From Azolla caroliniana (Eukaryota > Plantae > Polypodiophyta): a stretch of 64,000 nt of DNA. The position numbers and the translations under genes were made by a program. The DNA lies in contig JBHGNT010000018.1 in the NCBI GenBank assembly GCA_043228905.1, forward strand, positions 18,046,868 through 18,110,867, given 5' to 3'. The notes beneath the pieces are model-generated. The model was not told the DNA's origin and made no database searches. It saw only the letters and a program-made list of their open reading frames with translations. Positions 28,035-37,000 of the stretch are shown piece after piece (the stretch's first letter is position 1; each line of letters starts with the position of its first letter).

Positions 28035-29317
28035 TGCTAACCGAGAAGGGAAACCCCGTAGAATTTCGTTATCCCTGATATAAGCACATCTTATGCAAAG
28101 GATTTAGAAATTGAACCACAGGGGTCTTCACAAAGGTTCAAACTTAACTCGTGGAGAGCATGAGTAAAAAGGTGAACTTGGAGAGTCCACGGCCTGCTTC
28201 CATGGATCGACAACATTGCATGAAGTAAATAATTGACACAATCCTAAATAAATGGTTTACCATCTATTATACAAAGGATTCAGAATTTGAAGCACATTGA
28301 TTTGGAGAAAGACTCAGCTTCGGAGTGTGCTTATCACACATTTCAATGGAGAGGTGAAATGAAATCCAAGCCACGATTTTCTGCCATGGATCGATGTCAG
28401 GAAATCGAAATGGTTTAGCTTTTACTATGTCTGTGCATGTCGTACGCAATGAATTCTAAGCCTGAACAACTGAGTTCTTTAGTGTATGATTCACACAATG
28501 AAATCTTCAATTTCTGGCAGAATTCGAGTTTATGCAAAGGCCTATGGCTGTGTTTTATGCAAAGGATCTGAACCACAGTCTTCAGCAAAGGAATCAATAT
28601 CTGAACCAAGCTATAAACGGCACAGAATTCTTCTACTTCCTTCAGAATTTGCAATAGTTTCACTTGAACTATGAAGGTATCTTATGCAAAAGATTTGAAT
28701 ACTGAACCACGAAAGTTTGCTGAAAGATTCATTGCCTGCGCCATGAGTCCAACCTAGACAGTTCACTTCTATGGATTTGCCGCCAGAGATTAAAGCGTAA
28801 AGGTTGAACTTCTGCTATGAACGAATATCATCCAAAATATTCAGACCCTGACCCACGCAGCGATTTGCACAGAAACGCGAGAGCTTTGACCTGCTGAAAT
28901 CAGCAGAAGAGAAGAAGAGAGGAAACTTAGACAGTCCTGAGCAAGCTTCCGCGGATTTTGCACAGAATGCCTGAAGAGCGTCTACTGAAAGAAGCAACCA
29001 AAGAAGGTGAATGGAGAGAAGAACCTGGAGAGTAAGGAGCAAGCTTCGATGGATCTGCAGGGAAAGGTCTCGAGGACGTTGTGCGGGGACGAAGCAAGGA
29101 ACGAGGAGGATGGAGATGAAGCTTGTGTGCGGGGATACTCAGCGAGCTTCCATGGATCGGAGACAGAGAAAGCGCGGGGAGGGGGAGATGGAGATGGAAT
29201 GGTTTGAACTGGAGATCTCTCTCTGTATCCGTCTGTCTGTCTGTCTCTCCCGCCACACCAACGGAAATCGGATCCACACAGAGACACAGACACAGACACA
29301 GGCGCGGACACAGACAG

Positions 29318-29372
29318 TTTAGGGTTAGCTCTTCCCCCGCAGACCAGTTTAGGGTTTAGGGTTGAGGGTTAC
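29318..29372. promoter_or_regulatory. Telo-box-like motifs (AAACCCTA on minus strand) near the separase transcription start
   Basis: TTTAGGGTT occurs at about 29318, 29348 and 29355, at the 5' end of a cell-cycle gene. Telo-boxes are known plant promoter/5'UTR elements. Confidence 0.45.
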
Positions 29373-29394
29373 TCTCCTCCTAACAATCGGCAAC

Positions 29395-29566
29395 GGTTCG
29401 GTTCGGTTCGGTTCGGTTTGAGAGAATCGAAATCGAACCGGTTTGACACCGAACCGTTCAAATTTTTTGAAACCTAAACCGAACCGAACGACGAAACCGT
29501 TAAAAATTTAATCAAGCCGTTAAATTTGTGGTTTCGTCGTTCGGTTTTGGTTTTCAACTTAGGTCT
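29395..29566. mobile_element. AACCG/CGGTT-rich non-autonomous DNA element fragment (copy 2)
   Basis: (GGTTC)n...AACCGAACCGAAC...GGTTTTCAACTTAGGTC, colinear with 4753-4899. Confidence 0.5.
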
Positions 29567-30823
29567 AATTTTTTATTTTTAATTGAATGCTCGAAGGTAG
29601 TTCGCAAGTTGTGGGTATGCGAAGACTTATCAGTGACGGATTCGTGAGGTCCTGAACCATTCTGATTTGGCAATTGAGCAATCAAATAATATGATCACAA
29701 CACTACAGCCATACATACAGGGCCATGTCTCGTTATAGGAGCGTTTACCTTCCCCGATAACGGCGGCACCTAAAAAGGTGCACGTGCACTCAAGGCCATC
29801 CAAAAAGAAAGTGACCAAACTGTCTAAGTTAAGAGTCATCAAGTTCAACGAATGACGAAGATGCGAGGACAACAACGGGGCAGAGTTGTCATCTGGTGTG
29901 CTTTCGTCTGACCTGAATAAAATTAGACGAGAGATAATGCTGAAAAAACTAGTGCGGAAGGGACAGAGGTCTTTAACCTCCCCATTACCGACATCCATCG
30001 CCCACATGTTGATGAGAAGTCTGGACGTCGACCACTGGAGATCAGGGAGCCTCACAAACTACGCGTCCAGAACCTCAAAAAGAAAATGAAGATTATTCCT
30101 CATGCAACAATAGTATCATTCATCATAATGGTTGATCCTGACGAGTGTTCGTGTTTAGAAGAGTTTGACGTTGTCATGAAAATTACTGGCTACAGTGAGA
30201 AAACTGGGTGGAATGGGCAAAGTCGACAATGTGCACCGTGTGCACATGTACATTCGAAAATGTGTATAAAATAAAAAGGGGATATTTATCCCACATTGTA
30301 ACGTCCTTCCCTCCTTAGACTATAAAAGGAGAGGAAGGGGCTCTTATGAGGGGTTGCCCATTTTGAGTTAGGAGGGTATATAACTTTGATCTAGGATTTA
30401 GTAGTTTTCTCTTCTTCTTATTTCCTTTAGGGTTTTCAGCTTTGGTCTTCTTCACCCTATTTCGTTTTAAAGTTTTGTTTAGGTCTTCTTCGTCGTTGTC
30501 CTGTGGGTTGAGTCTTTTGTTTGTTAAGGGTTTAGTCCGGTTGAGAGCTCGTATGTCCTAGGGGAGGTCTCGCTTCCACTCTGTCTCTTGTGCAAGACCC
30601 CGATCGGCAACTTGGCAGCAAACCACTGATGTAACCTAATCTACCTTAGCCTGGTTCGAAGTTGTATCTTGCTCTTATACATTAAGTGGAGTTCAGTGCA
30701 TCTGTGTTTGTGTCTGTGTCTTTGGAGTTCTTTCTTTCCGATTTTTGTACATAGGAAGCGTATGTCTAGTCGGTGTTGTGTGTGTGTCCCTTTCCCTCTC
30801 TCATTCGGTTGCTTCTAGTACGT

Positions 30824-31841
30824 TGTGGAGGAAATCCTCGCGTGTTCGCAAAATGAAGCGGGACCACCGGGGTCCTGGACCGGAAGGATTCGATGTTAGC
30901 AGCGTAAGCAAGAAAGTATTGAAGATAGATAGATGGATGAAGAGAGAGAGAGAGACATTGAGATAGAGATTGAACCCTTGACTTTAGTTTTACAAGACAA
31001 TGTACATCATCACTAGGATAACTCCAATCTTTGATTAAAAGTTTCTTTTTTTTAATTACATCACTTGCCTCTTTACACACGCCCAACTATAGGCTTTTAT
31101 AGGTCTCTCCATGCAAAAACCATGGGCCAAACCCACAGGCTAAAACCACGAGCCAACACCATGGGCTAAAACCACGGGCTAAAACCATGGTTTTGTGCCC
31201 ATGGTTTCTATATGTTTGCTTCCTACAAAATATTGAATATGAAAAGAAATTGTACAAATTCTAAAGTGCTCAGTAGTGGCTTTAGTGGTAAGTTAATTTG
31301 TCTCCTATCTTGGAGGTGCAAGGTTCAAGCCTTGCTTGCACCCTTCTATATGCACTTAAATGTTGCTAGGTTTTAGTCTTATTTTTATATTTACAATTGA
31401 GCGCACATCACACGTGCACATGTTTAACTTTACATCCAGCTTTCCTTTTACGATTCTCATTTCTATATGTTTACTTCCTACAAAATACTAAATATGAAAG
31501 GAAATTGTACAAATTCTAAAGCACTTAGTAGTGGCTTTAGTGGTAAGTTAATTTGTCTCCTATCTTGGAGGTGCAAGGTTCAAGCCTTGCTTGCATACAC
31601 CCTTATATATGCACTTAAATGGGCCTTAGTCTTATTTTTATATTTACAATTGAGCGCACATCACACGTGCACATGTTTAACTTTACATCTAGCTTTCCTT
31701 GCACGATTCTCATTTCAGTCCTATTTACAACATGCTAGCATATGTGTGTGGCCTTCACCCCTTTCACACGTGCACGTTGCACCTTCTTGATTTCATTCGT
31801 TGCACACAATTTTCACACCGTTGCCGAAAATCTTCACGACA
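30824..31841 (-). mobile_element. Ty3/gypsy solo LTR (inner, inverted), 4-bp TSD ACGT
   Basis: The minus strand starts TGTCGTGAAGA and ends GACCCCGGTGGTCCCGC...CTCCACA. ACGT flanks it at 30820-30823 and 31842-31845, with a minus-strand CTATAAAAG at about 31093-31101. Confidence 0.8.
31206..31715. repeat. Tandem duplication, about 255 bp x2, each copy with a tRNA-like A/B-box segment
   Basis: TTCTATATGTTT(G/A)CTTCCTACAAAATA occurs at 31206 and 31461. Each copy carries GTGGCTTTAGTGG...GGTTCAAGCC. Confidence 0.9.
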
Positions 31842-33471
31842 ACGTATCCGGAAACGCTTTGATCAATCGCTAGAAACGGTGAAGCTCGACCTTCTATGCT
31901 ACGTCTCTCTTAGGTCCAAGACCCCGATGGTCCCGCCTAATATCTAACACGCACGCGTGGATTTCCGCGACAACGTAAGAAAACACGATTAGTACAACTA
32001 TTATGTCATTGGGGGATCACACTCAACAGAAGCAAGAAGGCAGTTGGTAAGAGACATCCCACAACATACTTCTTTAAGTATGTTGAATGTAAGATTTATG
32101 TGTCCTTAACAATGGATGAAGTGAAGTTGTTAGCCTGGGACCATAACAATGACAACCATCAAAAGATGTCATCGATAGAGCACATCTAATTTTTTCACCA
32201 TGAATTCAAAGATGTCAAGAAGAGAATTGGACCAAAGATGTTTCCAGCACTTCGATGTCAATGTCTTCATGAAGTTGGGATCGTTGTGGACGATGTAGTG
32301 AAGTTTGATCGTATTCAAAAGTATGAGTCGTGGTTCCAGCTCAGAGATGGGGCTGTTTGGGAATTGCAAGACCAGATGTTTACAATGTGGGAAAACAAGA
32401 AGGTGAAAGGTCAACGACAAAAAAGGAAAGTTGACCCACAACTAGAGTTGAAGTCAACCACGGCAAAAAATAAAATGATCTGACCATCGAGGGAGCAACG
32501 AACGACGTGAAGCTGACACCATGGAGAACCATGTAGGGTATAAAAGAAGAGCAACTACTTGTGTTCGCCTTGTCTAGAGTCGTGGCAAATGAGCTAAGCT
32601 TAGAATAAATGGTCATAGAAATTGCGACATGTCACGACAACTGAATGTGGCCTAGTCAATCCTTACCAGAAGCCCCAACGACTCATGATGTGCATTATCG
32701 AAATGGTCTCTAATGAAGGAGATTGGATTTTAGATTTGTTTTCTGGCACGAGTATGCTCTTAGACTTTGCTCTACAAAAGTATATACTTATTTGTTGTCT
32801 AATTGAAGCTATGATCTTATTATTTTCGTGATAGGTACGACATCTGCATGCGTCTTGAAACTATTTTGGAATAGAGTTGCATTGGAGAAGGACGAGGAGC
32901 AAGTATGTTTCATTAATATGCGGATTAAAGCCTTATGGGAGTGCCCAGATCAAGACGAGGAGGTAGGGGCAAAGCATATCGTGGATACGGAACGATTTCG
33001 AGCTGCCTCTCGTGAGCCTATTCCTCCCTTGTCTTGTGAACCTGGGGAGCTTATAGAACTAGATGATGAGCTTTTGGAGGACCCCACGAGCTAGCCTAAT
33101 TGGAGTGGATGCCGATGCACAAAATTATGAGAACAGTTCTCGAAAGGAATATGAAGAGAATGATGAACTTATAGCAATGTAATGAATTTTGTATTTTATA
33201 AAAAACATTATAATCAAAGTTTTTATTCTCTGTAAAGTAAGTTTGATTCCAAGTTTGCATTGTTTCTTTAAATATGTGTACTAATGTTTATATTGTTACA
33301 TCAGTACTCGCGTCAACCCACTATCAAGAGTTTGTATATAAAGTGCTCCATCAGCACATTGTGTGTACTAAGCATTGTTGTTTTAAATAGAATTTGTTTT
33401 GTCTACTTACTCGGTCTCTCTCTCACTATGTACTTGCTCTTGACCTCCATTCTCTAGGTATTCCTGACTTT

Positions 33472-33703
33472 GTTGTCTGGTAAGCTTTCACACTTTAACT
33501 TTTCACATGGTATTAGAGTGTGAGGGTTGTTTTGTCTGTAAGCTTCCGCACTTTAACTATTCACATGGTATTAGAGCGCGAGGGTTGTTTTGTCTGTAAG
33601 CTTCCGCACTTTAACTATTCACATGGTATTAGAGTGCGAGGGTTGTTTTGTTTGTAAGTTTCTGCACTTTAACTTTTCACATGATATTAGAGCGCGAGGG
33701 TTA
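33472..33703 (+). repeat. Tandem array, 58-bp unit x4, each containing the copia LTR end plus PBS
   Basis: CACAT(G/A)GTATTAGAG occurs at 33504, 33562, 33620 and 33678 (exact 58-bp spacing). Confidence 0.92.
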
Positions 33704-34003
33704 GAAGAATCCTCTACGGCCAACAAAGTTCTTTGACACATACAAAGCTTTCGTATTTCAGATAGAAAAAGAGAGAGGACAGGACCATGAACTGAGGTAT
33801 GGGTAGTTCTCCATCGACTGAAAAGCTTGACAAGAATAACTATCCATCTTGGGAATACAAAATGCGCCAATACCTACTTGGACACGGGTATTGGAGTTAC
33901 ATAGACATAACAAACAATGTCCAGAGCCGACACACAGAGATTTCCCGGCCTGGGAGCAGGTGGCAAGTAGAGTCTTGTACTACTTGGCATCCCGTGTGCA
34001 CGA

Positions 34004-37000
34004 TGTCGTGGAGAAAACCGTCCCTAGGTGGAAACCGGGTATAACGTGCATAGACCGGCCCTTACACGCGGGCACAAGTTTTGTTGTATAGTACGTAGGT
34101 AGGCACAAGTCGCCTGAGGCGAAATCCTAGGTAGTACGCATTCTGTAGGGAGGAAATCGAGGCATATCCCTATCCGAAAGGACAGGGAATATACATGATG
34201 TAACCGGTGGTAATGGCCTCCCTCCTTGGGCTATAAAAGAGAGGGAGAAGTGAGGTAAAAAGGGGATCTTTTTTTTTGTGTGGAGGACGAAGTGCTGCTG
34301 GACTGGAACCGAGCGCTTCTCCTCTCCTCTGTCGTCTCCATAACTGTTTTGTGCAGGTTTCGAGAGGCTGACTCTGCTCCGCGGGACGCCCGAGTGCTTC
34401 CGGTAGAGTCTCCATCTCGCGTTGTGTGTGTGTGTGTGTGCAGGCGTTGGGGCCCATCACTCGTCGGCTTGCCGATTGTAACACCTTGATTTATATATAC
34501 ATAAACATTCGTTCTGTCTCCATCTCGCGTTCTGTAGTTAGTTGCAATTCTTGTGATTCAGTGGGTCAGTGTGTGTGTGAATTACATCGTTAGTTTCCTT
34601 CCCTTCCCCTCATTCGGTTATTCCTCGGTCTGAGGCCCCTGTGGTCCCGCCTCGTTCTCTACGCACGCGCGTATCAACGCGACATATTTGGTGAACCCGA
34701 TGTGAAGAGGCGGCAAAGGAGTGAAGGATGAGGGGATCTGAGCTTGTTGAAGGTATGGTCGTAGCCGTCGACCGGCTAGTGAGCGCTCGCGAGGGGACGG
34801 GTGCCCTCGACAGGGCCATTGAGTTGATAGTCGGCACCATAGGTCGATTTGGTGGGAAGAATGCCATGAGCTACTTGGAGGCCTACCGGGCCGAAATGAT
34901 CATGAGGGATATCTCGGTGGACAGGCGGCTATCTAGATTCCCTCGGGTGGTGATGCCGAGCATCCACGCAGAGGTGCTCGAGGTGTTGGCCGGATGTCGG
35001 ACTTGGGAGGAGTTCGAGTTGCGGCTCCTAGAGATGTATGGGTTCGATGACTCGCTTCGGCTGTCCAAGCGAGACTTCATGGCGTGGGTTGAGAGCCATG
35101 GGAAGGGGAGGAACACGTCAGCGCTACTCTAGGAGTTCGAAAAACGGTTCGCACGGCTATCAACGGTGGACAGGATCGTGCTCGACACAAGCCGAGTACT
35201 ACTATTCGTCAAGTCAGTGGACGCCATGGACCGGGAGAAGGTGGGTCTCCTGTTGGAAACAGATAAAGGGCTCGCGACAGACTGGGCCATGGTAAGGAGG
35301 GTTTGCGGTTGTTTCGACAAGCGGCGCGAGTGGAATGACGAGGGCTCGTTGGTGGCAAGGCCGATCCCGGCGAGGGAGCTCGAGGAGCCGGTGTCGATAC
35401 TGGCTAGGATGGAAGAAACTCGGAGTTGGCTTGAGACGGGCTCAGCCCCGAGTGGAGTGGTCAAAGGTCCTCCAGAGGCATGACTCTAGAAGAGCTATCG
35501 CAGATGGTGCGAGATCTCCAAATCACACAGGCCCGGAGGGACAACGGCGAACAGTCTCGTGACCGAAGGCCGCCGGCAGGGCAATGGTGAATGTGGTGCG
35601 ACGCGGTCGGCCACATCTGGAAAGAATGCATGGATTTCGCCGAGGCACTTAGGACCAATGTGGTGTACCTTTAGAACGGGCGAGACCCGAAAAGCCCTAG
35701 AGTTGAATACAGGTTGTGGTGGAATGAAGCGGTTGATGGAAGAGGTTGTGGCACGACATGCAGAGGTCGTTTACTACTCGACATTAGTGGGAATCCGGGT
35801 CGGGGGTGATGAGGCCCGGAAAGCGAAGGACTCCGGATTCTGGCTGCTGGTGCTAGAGGGTCTCTACAGACTACGACTGAAGAAGGAAGAGGAAGACCGC
35901 GCGGAACAACGGATCCGGGAGGTTACCGAATGGGGCGACCCAGTGGAAGAAAAGATTGGCTTCGTAGCAGCCGCATGCCAGAACTACGAGGTTCTAGTAG
36001 AAGACAAGCGCGGGGGAAAGGCCGGAGGGGGCGGCCCCTCGCAGGGGTACGAGGCCCGGTTTGGACCGAAGCCGAATGAGGCTGCCAACGCCAACGCACC
36101 GAAGAAGAAGAAGTAGGTCAGTTTCCGGCTGAACACCGAAATAGAACAAACAACGGACCTCAAAAGGTCCTGGAAGAGAGAATTCTCGACAACAAGGTCG
36201 AGTTGTCGTTACGAGAGGTATTGGGAATTTCCAAGAAGGAGTTCCACGACTCCATCGTGGACTTGGTGAAGCGGAAGAGGCTCTCGGCGGAGCCGGAACC
36301 AGAGAGGCCGGTAGAAGTGCGGACGACGCACTTAGAAGACACGGCCCTAGAGGACGAGTTGGCGGAAAGCCACTACACGAAGCCGCATTAGGCTAGGGCC
36401 ACTACGGAAACCCCTGTTCGGATCGACAACATCTAGGAGCCGGTGGTGGCATTGATAGACCACGGTTCGAAGATCAACTTGATGTCCATGGACTTCTATA
36501 GAAAGGGGAAATGGCCGATCAACACCAAGCACGGGTCGAAGATACGCGCGGCGACGTGCGCTAAAGAGGAGTTGTATGGTGCGTGCCTGAACGTAAGCGT
36601 GAAGATCGACGACATCGAGATAGATCAACATTTCTTCGTGCAGGAGACTTCCTCGCACCCGGTAATTCTCGGCGAACCGTACATTACGACAGCACGCATG
36701 GAGACGAAAGTACTGGACAACGGATCGGCGTACGCGCGTGTCAAGAGCCAAGACGGTCGACATTCCGTCCAATTCATGACAGTGCGACCCAACCACGAGC
36801 GAAACCATGAGACCCTCGGTGGCGACAGTTGGGGGGATTTTTAGAGAGGGTTATCAAGGCATGGGGACGCGATAGTCCGGACACCCCGGAAAAACCCCAC
36901 AGATGTACTATAGGCAAAAACACATGTACCATAGGTAGAAAATTTTGGTTCTCCTATAACGGTGGTTGTACGATAGCCGGCGTAGTTGGCCGGGAAAAGA

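Larger units (their letters stand above)
30172..31972 (+). mobile_element. Ty3/gypsy solo LTR (outer), 4-bp TSD ACGT
   Basis: Begins TGTCATGAA and ends GGTCCCGCC...CGCGACA like the LTRs at 34004/40446. ACGT flanks it at 30168-30171 and 31973-31976, and a TATAAAAGG box lies at about 30321. Confidence 0.8.
29760..33182 (+). pseudogene. ParB/Srx-like domain fused to beta-class N4C/N6A DNA methyltransferase (N6_N4_Mtase-like) C-terminal half; interrupted by nested solo LTRs at 30172-31972
   Basis: After excising the LTR and one ACGT copy, the frame continues: IREPHKLRVQNLKKKMKIIPHATIVSFIIMVDPDECSCLEEFDV|RKHD*YNYYVIGGSHSTEARRQL. A frameshift follows, then CKIYVSLTMDEVKLLAWDHN. Downstream is NPYQKPQRLMMCIIEMVSNEGDWILDLFSGT[intron 32752-32834]STTSACVLKLFWNRVALEKDEEQ, then an acidic tail. 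Several stops and frameshifts are present, and motif IV was not found. Confidence 0.75.

Noticed and set aside
31011-31025. CACTA pentamer as a possible EnSpm terminus for the MTase locus
   Set aside because: It lies inside the inverted solo LTR (30824-31841), and no matching TAGTG end with TIR and 3-bp TSD was found.
29760-33182. Bacterial contamination as the source of the MTase-like sequence
   Set aside because: It contains a GT-AG intron, is interrupted by plant LTRs with TSDs, and is contiguous with the plant separase gene.
33472-33703. CRISPR-like regular repeats (also 10512-10737 and 61830-62735)
   Set aside because: The units repeat in full without unique spacers, the context is eukaryotic, and no cas genes are present.
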